Source of the DNA: Desulfobacteraceae bacterium
GTDB taxonomy: Bacteria > Desulfobacterota > Desulfobacteria > Desulfobacterales > JAABSP01
Assembly: GCA_011389855.1 (NCBI GenBank)
Contig: JAABTM010000005.1
Span: 1-46,484, forward strand
Length of the DNA: 46,484 nt
Direction: 5' to 3'
The position numbers were made by a program, and so were the translations under genes. A model generated the notes under the pieces. That model worked only from the letters and a program-made list of their open reading frames with translations, searched no databases and was not told the DNA's origin. Shown here one piece after another: positions 11,470 through 19,868 of the stretch. How positions within the stretch are numbered: position 1 is the stretch's first letter; each line of letters opens with the position of its first letter.

Positions 11470-13791
11470 TCAGATGGCGGAGGCTTTTGCCGTGCCGGCG
11501 GCCATGCGGTAAGAGATTCGGCCGCCGCCCCTGTCGGGGTGCAGCTTTTTTTCCGATATGTCGATCCAGTGCATGAGCCGCTGGACCTTTGCCGCGGTTC
11601 GGGGGCCCTCCCAGAGGCGCCCGAAGCCGGTCCGGTCCTCCTTGACCTGGTGAAGAGACGGCAGGTCGTGGTCCTGCCCGATGCGGCCCACCCCCCGGAT
11701 GACCACGGTGAGGTGCTGGAGCAGGGCCTCGCCGTGGCGGTGGCTTTCGGGCATCCGGTAGACGGCGGCGTCGGCGTTGCCGTAAGTTTTGATCGCGCTC
11801 CGGAGGACGGCCCGGGCCGTGGTTCCGCCCACAAGGGAGAGGAAAATGTAGATCTCCCGCTCCAGGGAGAGGAGAAACCGGAACGGCAGGGTTTTTTCCC
11901 CCGCCAGGCCCAGGTTGAGCCGGCTGTGGATCGTCCGGATTTTCCGGAGAAATACCGATTGCTTCCCGTCGATCCGCCGGGCCATGGCCGCCGCCACTTT
12001 CCGGTCGAGGCCGTTCTGGACCGCCAGCACTTCCTCGGGGGTCAGTTCGATGTCGGTGTCCATCTCTTTGTTGTAGGTCCGGACCAGGATGTTGGAGAGC
12101 ATGAAGGCGTTCCGGTCCGAAAAATCGATGCGGTCGGGGTCCCGGAGAACGTCATCGAGGAGCATCTCGATGGCGAAGACCGGCTCCTTCATCTTTGAGA
12201 TCAGGAGCTGGAGGGCATTGAGAAACGCCACCCGGTCGGATCGGTGGGGCGTCTCCTTCAGGTAGTGCCACAGAAAGTCGAAGACTTTTTTCTCGTGGGC
12301 GGCGAAGGCCGGGATGAACCGTTCGAACACGCTCCGGAGAAAATGGCCCCTGGCGTCGAAACACTGTTGCAGGAGGCCCATGAGATCTTTGGCCGCTTCC
12401 GCGGAGATCTTGAACTCCTGGGCCGCGGCGCGGAAGTCCTGTTCGTCGAAGGTTATGGGCTGCCGGACGAGGTTCTTCATCTTCCGCTGGGTGCGGATCC
12501 GGCCCTTGTGGCCGGCCAGCAGCCGGCTGAGTTTACCGTTGACCGGTTTCACCGCCGTGTCTTTTCCGTCGGTCGCCTGCAGTGTGATCCCCTCGCGTCC
12601 GACGATCAGGTTGTCGAACACGTCGTCCTTGACCTGTTCGAGTCGCCCCTGGATGTTGCGGAGCACTTCTTTTTCGATCCGGTCCGAGGCCCCGGTCTTT
12701 TCGGCCGCCGCGAGCAGTTCGCCGGCGTGGTGGAGCCGCTGGACCAGCTTGGGGGCGTTGACCTGGTCGTAATCCTCCCCGTACACCGCCTGGAGGGATT
12801 GGGCCGCCCGATGGGGCGCCGCATCGAAGTGGTGGTCGGCCAGCCGGGCCACCTGGGCCTTTTGGGCCGCATCCGCCGGGTACTGGGTTTGACGCCGGCC
12901 TTCCATGGCCAGCCATTTGATGTTGTTGACCTCGATGGGCGGCTTGACCAGCTTGCCTTTGAGCTGGCGGAGCCCGAAGATGGCGTCGTAGACCCCGAAA
13001 AAGGGGTTGGCGGGGGTCCGCTTCATCCAGCCGTCCACCCGGCGGACCAGGGCCGCCATGCTCTCCGCGCTCATGTCGTTCAACGCGGCCAGGAGGGTGA
13101 GGTTGAAGTCAGGCCGTCCCGATTCGTCAAGGATCGCCGGCAATTTCTTTTTCTCCCCCTTTACCTCGAACTCGATGTCGGTCCCGCGCTTCCGGGCGTC
13201 GCCGTATCGGGAGATGATCTGAAGACAGGTGCTGAGCCGTCGGCAGAAGGGGCCCGACGGTTGCTGGGGGCCGGGGGGCATGGCGAGGTTCAGGGTGCTG
13301 ATGCCGTGATCGGCCAGCACTTTAAATGCCTTTGCCAGCCGAGCGGGCAGATGGCTCATACGGACGCCCATCCGGTTGTAGAGGGCAAAGCCCTGGGCCG
13401 CATCGATCTCCAGGTCGTCGAGCCGGATCACGTAATCGTTTTCCGGAGGCACTTGGGCGCCGGTGGGAAACCCCCGGAACCGGACGAGGAGGCGGCCGTC
13501 CCGGTGGGGCGGGCGGGCCAGTTTATTGAGGGACTCGGTCAGTTCCGTCATCTCGTCCCGACCGGTTTTCATGCCCTGGAGAAAATGGGTTGTCGTGAAA
13601 AAAGCGGCGATCTGGTAGGTCAGCTGAATCGTGTCGAGCCGGGCCTGATCCAGGGCCGCCTCGGCTTCGTCGAGTTCCGAATCGCCGTTGGAACCGCCGT
13701 AGGCGAGGATCGACGCCCGGTCGCCGAGTCCCCTCAGTTCGCTGAAAAGCCTTTCCGCGTCTTCGTCCAGTATGATATGGTTGCTGCTCAT
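11470..13791 (-). CDS. Hypothetical protein, 773 aa, largely alpha-helical
   Basis: Long ORF with host-like codon usage and a GGAGG SD upstream; no motif recognised. Confidence 0.8.
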   Translation of the reverse strand: MSSNHIILDEDAERLFSELRGLGDRASILAYGGSNGDSELDEAEAALDQARLDTIQLTYQIAAFFTTTHFLQGMKTGRDEMTELTESLNKLARPPHRDGRLLVRFRGFPTGAQVPPENDYVIRLDDLEIDAAQGFALYNRMGVRMSHLPARLAKAFKVLADHGISTLNLAMPPGPQQPSGPFCRRLSTCLQIISRYGDARKRGTDIEFEVKGEKKKLPAILDESGRPDFNLTLLAALNDMSAESMAALVRRVDGWMKRTPANPFFGVYDAIFGLRQLKGKLVKPPIEVNNIKWLAMEGRRQTQYPADAAQKAQVARLADHHFDAAPHRAAQSLQAVYGEDYDQVNAPKLVQRLHHAGELLAAAEKTGASDRIEKEVLRNIQGRLEQVKDDVFDNLIVGREGITLQATDGKDTAVKPVNGKLSRLLAGHKGRIRTQRKMKNLVRQPITFDEQDFRAAAQEFKISAEAAKDLMGLLQQCFDARGHFLRSVFERFIPAFAAHEKKVFDFLWHYLKETPHRSDRVAFLNALQLLISKMKEPVFAIEMLLDDVLRDPDRIDFSDRNAFMLSNILVRTYNKEMDTDIELTPEEVLAVQNGLDRKVAAAMARRIDGKQSVFLRKIRTIHSRLNLGLAGEKTLPFRFLLSLEREIYIFLSLVGGTTARAVLRSAIKTYGNADAAVYRMPESHRHGEALLQHLTVVIRGVGRIGQDHDLPSLHQVKEDRTGFGRLWEGPRTAAKVQRLMHWIDISEKKLHPDRGGGRISYRMAAGTAKASAI

Positions 13792-14006
13792 AGCGTTGTC
13801 GCCTCCCGCGCTGGTTTGGAATCCGCTTCTTCCCGGAAGAGAAGATAGGTCGTAATGTATTGTTTAACCAATAGAATCACAATGGTCCGAATACGCATTC
13901 GGGTGGTAGAATTATCCTACTTCTTCCTGTGCCTTTCCGGTACGGACGATCAGAGCGGCCGGGGATCTCACAGGGCGGTTTCAGGGGTGATGGGAAAGGG
14001 CCGGCG

Positions 14007-14981
14007 ATGATCGGTTTTTTCCGCCGGCAGTGGTTCCTGTCGGCGCTGATCCTGGTGGTGGCGGTCACGGTGATCGACGCCACGGAGACCGTCACCGACG
14101 CCGGCATGTGGCTCCGGGATCACGGCGCGCCGTCGGCGGTCATCTTCGCCATTTTTCTCATGTCGGGGGGTATGCTCGACGCCCGTCAGTTGGCGGCGGG
14201 GTTGCGGGAGGTGAAAGGGACGGCGGCGGCGCTGGGGGTGATTTTCGGCCTCGGTCCGGCCGTGGGCGCGCTTTTCGGGCTGACCCCCCTGTCCGACGGG
14301 ATCAAGATCGGCATCTTCCTGGTGGCGGCCATGCCCACCACCCTGTCCAGCGGGGTGGTGATGACCGGGGCCGCCGGCGGGAACATGGCCCACGCCCTGG
14401 TGATCACGGTGATCGCCAACAGCCTGGCGGTGGTGGTCGTGCCGATAATTCTGCCGATGCTGCTCCCCCTGGCCGGGGCTGCGGCGGACGTCTCCATCGA
14501 CCGGGTCGCCATGATGGCGCGGCTGGCGATGCTGGTGTTGCTGCCGTTGATCCTGGGGCTGGTCGCCAAATGGCGGTTCGGGGAGCGGTTGGAGCGGTGG
14601 GGCAAGACGATGCAGCGGATCTCTCAGGGGTTGATCGTGGTCATGGTCTGGATCGGGGTGGCGGGATCCCGGCGGACCCTGCTGGGCGGGGCGGGGGATC
14701 TGGGCCTGATCCTGGCGTTAACGGCGGGATTTCACGCCCTGTTGCTGGCCGGGGCCTGGTCGGCGGCCCGGGTCCTCTCCATGGGGCCGGGCCGGCGGGA
14801 GAGCCTGATCTTCATGGGCGCCCAGAAGACCCTGACCCTGACCCTCATCCTCCAGGTGTCGCTGTTTCCCGCCTATGGCCAGGCCCTGGTGGTGATCGTG
14901 GTTCACCACATTGCGCATTTGATGATGGACGGGTGGCTGGTGGGGCGGTTGAAATCGACATCAAAAAAGGAGAAACCATGA
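14007..14981 (+). CDS. Bile acid:sodium symporter family (SBF-like) transporter
   Basis: Multiple TM helices; MPTTLSSGVVMT..AGGN and QKTL motifs. ATG at 14007. Confidence 0.88.
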   Translation: MIGFFRRQWFLSALILVVAVTVIDATETVTDAGMWLRDHGAPSAVIFAIFLMSGGMLDARQLAAGLREVKGTAAALGVIFGLGPAVGALFGLTPLSDGIKIGIFLVAAMPTTLSSGVVMTGAAGGNMAHALVITVIANSLAVVVVPIILPMLLPLAGAAADVSIDRVAMMARLAMLVLLPLILGLVAKWRFGERLERWGKTMQRISQGLIVVMVWIGVAGSRRTLLGGAGDLGLILALTAGFHALLLAGAWSAARVLSMGPGRRESLIFMGAQKTLTLTLILQVSLFPAYGQALVVIVVHHIAHLMMDGWLVGRLKSTSKKEKP

Positions 14982-16777
14982 AGTCGTCAACTTTGCCCGA
15001 TTGGGTCGTCAGGCCCTTGGTTCCTGAAGCGGTTTACACGGATAGACAGGAATTTATCGACTATTTTTACATGGAAGCCCTGAAAGCGGCCAGCAGACGC
15101 GCCATGTCCACCGTGTTTTTGGGACAACGCCGAATGGGAAAGACCGAGATATTCAAACGGGTGGTGAACCGGCTTTTTTTTGAGCAGGACCCCAAGTCTC
15201 CGGATGCGGCGGCGCCTGTTTATTTTAGTTTCCCGGACACTGCTGTTGATGAAAAACGTTTCGCTACAGACTATGTGGAAAATTTTCTGCGCTATTATGT
15301 CGGATTTTACACAAGACAGCCTGACATCGTAACTGAAGATGTCAGGGGAGAAAAACTGCTGGCGAAAATTGAGCAGTCCAGGTCGTTATATCCCTTTACC
15401 AGAACCCTTGACATGATTTTGCATCTGCGTGAGGACATTGAAACAGGAAACAGCATTTTGCCTCATAGGGACGCCCTGGGAATGCCCAGGAGGGTTTCGG
15501 ACATTGATGAATCCACCATCGTTGTTTTTCTTGACGAATTCCAGAACACCCGCCTGCCGCAATATAACTTCGACATTGCCGGATGCATGCAGGAGGCTGT
15601 GGAATCTCCCACCTGCCCCCATTTTGTCACCGGATCGGCCATGAGCATTCTTGCCCGGGAAATCATCGGCAGGGGCTCTCTGTTCGGAAGGTTTGACAGC
15701 CATGAGATCGAGGGCATGACCGGGTATTGGGGAACAAAACTCGCTTTAAACGCGGCCAAGTATTACCGCGCGGATATCCCGGAAATCATAGCGCCCGCGA
15801 TTGCGGAGCGTTGCGGGGGAAATCCGTTTTACATCAACGCTCTTGTCAGACAGAGCGCAAAACTGAACGAGCCGATAGCGGATGAGGAAAAACTGAATAA
15901 AATCCTCGCGGTTGACATCAGTTCCGGTTTTATTTGGGGAGAACTCAACGACCAGGTATCCCGGTGGATTGAGCGCGTCAACGAACACAAGATCACCAAA
16001 TGGGTTCTCTACCTGTCGGCCCTGGAAGAAAATGAGGACAAAGATCGCGGAAACGAACTAAATTTAGAGCGGATTCAGCGGACCATTCGGGAACGCGAGG
16101 GGGGAGACGTGTCCCTGGAAACCATCCGGGACGTGCTTGTCAGACTGTCCAGGGGCGATCTCGTGGAATATTTGGAGCTTGGCGACTGGTTCCGAAGGGT
16201 GAAAGACCCCATTCTTCGGGCGTTTTTAAAAGTATGGGGGAAAATAGAGGTTGAAGGGCTTGGCAAGGCCGCTGTTCGGGAAACGCTGGTGGATGAATAT
16301 CAGGGCCTGAAGCGGAGAATCAGCGAATACAAAGGCTATCTCGCGGAGGTGCATATGAGCCAGATTCTCCTCAATTTACAGAATAAAATCCTGCCCGGCC
16401 GGTTTCTCCATTCAGACGCGGACATCCCGGTTCCGTATTTTGTTTATGTCCGCCAAAGGGTCCGCCTGGGTTCGGGAAAAGGGCGGGAAATCGACGTTTA
16501 CGGCGCGGGCCCTTCGGAAAAATGGATATGCCAGAGCAAATGGGTGACAGGTCAAAAGATCGGCATGGCCGCAATGAATGAACTCATGGCCCAGGCTGAC
16601 ATCGTCCGGCGGGAAAAAAACCCGAAGCTCATCCGCTTATGGCTTTTTGCCCACGACGGCCTGACGCCCGATGCGGAAAAATTCGCGGCTGATCAGGATG
16701 TTTTCTGGTCAACCCGGAAGGAATTTGACGCTTTGTTGTCTCACGCGGGGTTGAGAAGTTTGCCTGATCTGGATTGA
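14978..16777 (+). CDS. P-loop ATPase (archaeal ATPase/STAND-like) with C-terminal PD-(D/E)xK nuclease-like domain
   Basis: ATG 14978 with AGGAG SD and ATGA overlap. Walker A GQRRMGKT, Walker B VVFLDEFQ, GGNP motif, C-terminal EIDV..WICQSKW. AT-richer than flanks. Confidence 0.8.
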   Translation: MKSSTLPDWVVRPLVPEAVYTDRQEFIDYFYMEALKAASRRAMSTVFLGQRRMGKTEIFKRVVNRLFFEQDPKSPDAAAPVYFSFPDTAVDEKRFATDYVENFLRYYVGFYTRQPDIVTEDVRGEKLLAKIEQSRSLYPFTRTLDMILHLREDIETGNSILPHRDALGMPRRVSDIDESTIVVFLDEFQNTRLPQYNFDIAGCMQEAVESPTCPHFVTGSAMSILAREIIGRGSLFGRFDSHEIEGMTGYWGTKLALNAAKYYRADIPEIIAPAIAERCGGNPFYINALVRQSAKLNEPIADEEKLNKILAVDISSGFIWGELNDQVSRWIERVNEHKITKWVLYLSALEENEDKDRGNELNLERIQRTIREREGGDVSLETIRDVLVRLSRGDLVEYLELGDWFRRVKDPILRAFLKVWGKIEVEGLGKAAVRETLVDEYQGLKRRISEYKGYLAEVHMSQILLNLQNKILPGRFLHSDADIPVPYFVYVRQRVRLGSGKGREIDVYGAGPSEKWICQSKWVTGQKIGMAAMNELMAQADIVRREKNPKLIRLWLFAHDGLTPDAEKFAADQDVFWSTRKEFDALLSHAGLRSLPDLD

Positions 16778-16804
16778 TGACGGCGAGGGGGCAAGACTCC
16801 CGCG

Positions 16805-17539
16805 CTAAAGTATCTGACTCAAAAACAACTTCGTCCGGTCATGGATCGGGTTGACGAAGAAATGCTCCGGGGTGCCTTCTTCGACAATGGCGCCGTGGTC
16901 CATGAAGATCACCCGGTCGGCCACCTCACGGGCGAACCCCATTTCATGGGTCACCACCACCATGGTCATCCCCTCCTTGGCCAGGGTCTTCATGGCTTCC
17001 AGCACCTCGCCGATCATCTCCGGGTCCAGGGCCGAGGTGGGCTCGTCGAAGAGCATCACCTTGGGGTCCATGGCCAGGGCACGGGCGATGGCCACCCGCT
17101 GCTGTTGCCCCCCCGAGAGGTTGTCGGGATAGACGTTGGCCTTTTCGTGGATCCCCACCTTCTGGAGGAGCTGCATGGCCTTTTCCCGGGCCGGCCCTTT
17201 GTCCCGTTTCCGAACCACCCGCTGGGCCAGGGTCACGTTCTGGAGCACCGTCTTGTGGGGGAAGAGGTTGAACTGCTGGAAGACCATCCCCACCTCGGCG
17301 CGGACCTTGTTGATGTCGGTTTTGGGATGGAGGACGTCCACGCCGTCGATGTAGATATGGCCGCCTTCGTCTGCGGTCTCCAGCTTGTTGAGGCATCGCA
17401 GGAAGGTGCTCTTCCCCGATCCCGAGGGTCCGATGACCACCACCACGTCGCCGGCTTCGATGGACGTCGTGACATCCACCAGGGCCTTGACCTCCTCGGC
17501 GCCTTCGAATGTTTTGGATATGTTGCGAACGTCGATCAC
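16805..17539 (-). CDS. Polar amino acid ABC transporter ATP-binding protein (GlnQ-like)
   Basis: [39 protein letters not shown] start at 17539 with AGGAGG SD and GTGA overlap. Confidence 0.95.
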   Translation of the reverse strand: MIDVRNISKTFEGAEEVKALVDVTTSIEAGDVVVVIGPSGSGKSTFLRCLNKLETADEGGHIYIDGVDVLHPKTDINKVRAEVGMVFQQFNLFPHKTVLQNVTLAQRVVRKRDKGPAREKAMQLLQKVGIHEKANVYPDNLSGGQQQRVAIARALAMDPKVMLFDEPTSALDPEMIGEVLEAMKTLAKEGMTMVVVTHEMGFAREVADRVIFMDHGAIVEEGTPEHFFVNPIHDRTKLFLSQIL

Positions 17540-18528
17540 GAGATCAGGGTCCTCCTTTCCAGATATTGGACGAACATGGACAGGGAAAAGGTCAGCACGA
17601 GATAGAGGATGGCGCAGACGAACCAGAGTTCGTAGGGCTGAAGACTGGTGGTGACCACTTCCCGGGTCGCCTTGGTCAGCTCGCGGATGGCGATGATGCC
17701 CAGAAGGGACGAGTCCTTGATCAGGGAGATGAATTGACCGGCCAGGGGCGGCAGGATGCGGCGCATGGCCTGGGGCAGGATGACGTGGACCATGCTCTGG
17801 ACGTAGTTCATGCCCAGGGACCGGGAGGCTTCGGTCTGTCCCCGGTGGATCGACTGGATGCCCGCCCGCACGATTTCTCCCACGTAGGCGCCGGCGAAGA
17901 TGGCCAGGGAGGCCACGCCGTACCAGAGCGACGATATGGGCGGAATCCCCTGCTTGGCGAGCAGGTTGTTGATGATGGTGCCGAAGACGAAGTACCAGAG
18001 GTAGATCTGGACCAGGAGCGGCGATCCCCGGATGAATTCGATATAGGTGATGGCCAGCCACCGCAGGCACGGGTTGTCGGAGATGCGGGCCAGACCGGTG
18101 AAGAGGCCCAGGAGGATGCCGAAAATTATGGCGATGAAGCTGACCTTGAGGGTGATCCAGAGCCCCTGGAGGAGAATGCCCGGCCGGGTGACCTCATAGA
18201 CGGCCAGCGGGTCGCCGGGAAAGGCGAAATCCCCTTCGTAGACCCGCGCGCTGCCGGCGGGGGCCGCATAGGTCTCTTTGTCATACGCGCCGGCGACGGT
18301 GATGAAGACCTTGTCGCCTTTTTCTTCGACGGCCTTGACCGTGCCCTCGATTTCGGCGTTGATCTCGACGTCCATTTGCGCGATGAAGTACTGGGGCACC
18401 CGGTACCATCGCCAGACGTATTCGACTTCGCTGGACGCCCACCAGAGGAGGCCGATGCCCAGGGCGATGATCCCGAAAAAGGCGGCCTGCCAGAACGCGT
18501 GATGAGCGATACGCTTTCGTACTATCAT
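17536..18528 (-). CDS. Polar amino acid ABC transporter permease
   Basis: [33 protein letters not shown] (EAA loop), LIKDSSL. Confidence 0.95.
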   Translation of the reverse strand: MIVRKRIAHHAFWQAAFFGIIALGIGLLWWASSEVEYVWRWYRVPQYFIAQMDVEINAEIEGTVKAVEEKGDKVFITVAGAYDKETYAAPAGSARVYEGDFAFPGDPLAVYEVTRPGILLQGLWITLKVSFIAIIFGILLGLFTGLARISDNPCLRWLAITYIEFIRGSPLLVQIYLWYFVFGTIINNLLAKQGIPPISSLWYGVASLAIFAGAYVGEIVRAGIQSIHRGQTEASRSLGMNYVQSMVHVILPQAMRRILPPLAGQFISLIKDSSLLGIIAIRELTKATREVVTTSLQPYELWFVCAILYLVLTFSLSMFVQYLERRTLIS

Positions 18529-18558
18529 GGTCGGTTGCTCGCGGGGTGGGGGGGTGAA

Positions 18559-18590
18559 CGAAAAAAGGGAGGCGGGGCGCCTCCCTTTCG
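18559..18590 (-). terminator. Intra-operon hairpin/partial terminator after the binding-protein gene
   Basis: aaagggaggcg-ggg-cgcctcccttt stem, followed by a U-run on the minus strand. Confidence 0.65.
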
Positions 18591-18600
18591 CCGGCTTACG

Positions 18601-19431
18601 CTACTCCTGGATTTCTTTCATCCAGTCCGTACCCTTGATCCATTTGTCGTAGATCCGCTCGTAGCGGCCGTCGTTTTTGACCTGGCGCAGAAAATTGTTG
18701 AGCCAGTTCAAAAAGTCCGGGTCCCCCTTGTTGATGGCCCAGGCCAGGGGCTCGTAGGTGAAGGGCTCGTCCAGGAAGACGACCTTTCCCTCGCCCTGCT
18801 GGGCGTAGAGGTAGACGCAGTTGGGCAGATCGTAGACGTAGGCGTCGGCCCTGCCGTTGAGGACTTCCAGGAAGGCTTCGGTCTCGGTCTCGAAGGACTT
18901 GTATTTGGCTTTGGGGATGTTGCGTTTGACCGCCTGCTCGCCGGTGGTGCCCAGCTTGGAGGTGACGGTGTATTCGGGATCGTTGAGATCCCGGTAGGAG
19001 GTGACGTCGCCCTCGTGCTTCTTGTGGAGCAAAATGGTCTGGCCGACGATGATGTAGGGGTCGGCGAAGAGCACCTTGAGGTTCCGCTCCTGGGTGACGG
19101 TCATGCCCGACATGATGATGTCGAACTTGTTGCTCAAAAGCGCCGGGATGATGCCGTCCCAGGCGGTGTTGACCGGGACGAACTTGACGCCCATGGCCTT
19201 GGCCATCTCCTTGGCCATGTCGATGTCGAACCCGACGAAACGGCCGTTCTTGTCGGTCATTTCAAAGGGGACGTAGCCCGCCTCGAACCCGACCCGCAAC
19301 TCGCCGCGCTTCAGGATGTCCTCGATGGTCGATTTCCGGGCCAGTTCGATGTCCGCGCCGATGGCCGCCGCTGAAAACACAAGGGTCAGGACGGTGGCGA
19401 TCGCCGCAAGTTTTGCCAAATGCTTCTTCAT
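18601..19431 (-). CDS. Polar amino acid ABC substrate-binding protein (family 3)
   Basis: Signal peptide; GELRVG..YVPFE, GFDIDMA, WDGIIPAL..KFDII.SGMTVT.ER, YDKW. Confidence 0.95.
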   Translation of the reverse strand: MKKHLAKLAAIATVLTLVFSAAAIGADIELARKSTIEDILKRGELRVGFEAGYVPFEMTDKNGRFVGFDIDMAKEMAKAMGVKFVPVNTAWDGIIPALLSNKFDIIMSGMTVTQERNLKVLFADPYIIVGQTILLHKKHEGDVTSYRDLNDPEYTVTSKLGTTGEQAVKRNIPKAKYKSFETETEAFLEVLNGRADAYVYDLPNCVYLYAQQGEGKVVFLDEPFTYEPLAWAINKGDPDFLNWLNNFLRQVKNDGRYERIYDKWIKGTDWMKEIQE

Positions 19432-19456
19432 GTTTTTTTACTCCTTAAGTTTGGGG

Positions 19457-19621
19457 TTAATAGGATTTGCCTTCTTTGAGCAGCTCCCGAAAGACCATCC
19501 GGCCTTTCCGGCAGTCCGGGCATATGGGCATCTCCTGCTGGGGCAGGTAGATAATTTCGGTGTAATGGCATTTCGGGCAGATGATCTCCGCCGGCTCTTT
19601 GGGGGTTCGGTCGGGGTGAAC
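19457..19621 (-). CDS. Small double-CxxC zinc-ribbon protein frame lacking an in-frame canonical start
   Basis: Reads VHPDRTPKEPAEIICPKCHYTEIIYLPQQEMPICPDCRKGRMVFRELLKEGKSY*, with host-like codon usage. An in-frame TGA lies just upstream. Confidence 0.6.
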   Translation of the reverse strand, partial: VHPDRTPKEPAEIICPKCHYTEIIYLPQQEMPICPDCRKGRMVFRELLKEGKSY

Positions 19622-19868
19622 TCACCTTAACCGATGAAGCGATCACCATCAAATAAAGATGCGTTTTATATCAGTTCGGCGCGATTGTAAATGATTATTT
19701 TTCCATCCGATTGAGAAGAAAAAGGCTGATCATAAACTGTTTACAGCACGCTTCGTAAAATGGTATCCTGCTTGTCTTATCGCGGCATCGGCGCGCAAGA
19801 ACGCCGAACCCAGGAGACGGTTTTCCCGGAAACCCAATCGACCACAACCACAATGGAGGGGAAAAGCC

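Noticed and set aside
14030-14977. N-terminal extension of the 915-aa ORF
   Set aside because: Gly/Arg-rich alternative frame of the symporter gene. The real start is ATG 14978 with an SD.
17540-18070. Extended N-terminus of the ABC ATPase
   Set aside because: Alternative frame within the permease. A GTG start with an AGGAGG SD lies at 17539.
19622-19660. Selenocysteine read-through or -1 frameshift (C CCA AAG) into the zinc-ribbon frame
   Set aside because: That frame has several further TGA codons and no start upstream. The frame needed for a -1 slip begins after a TAA with no start codon.
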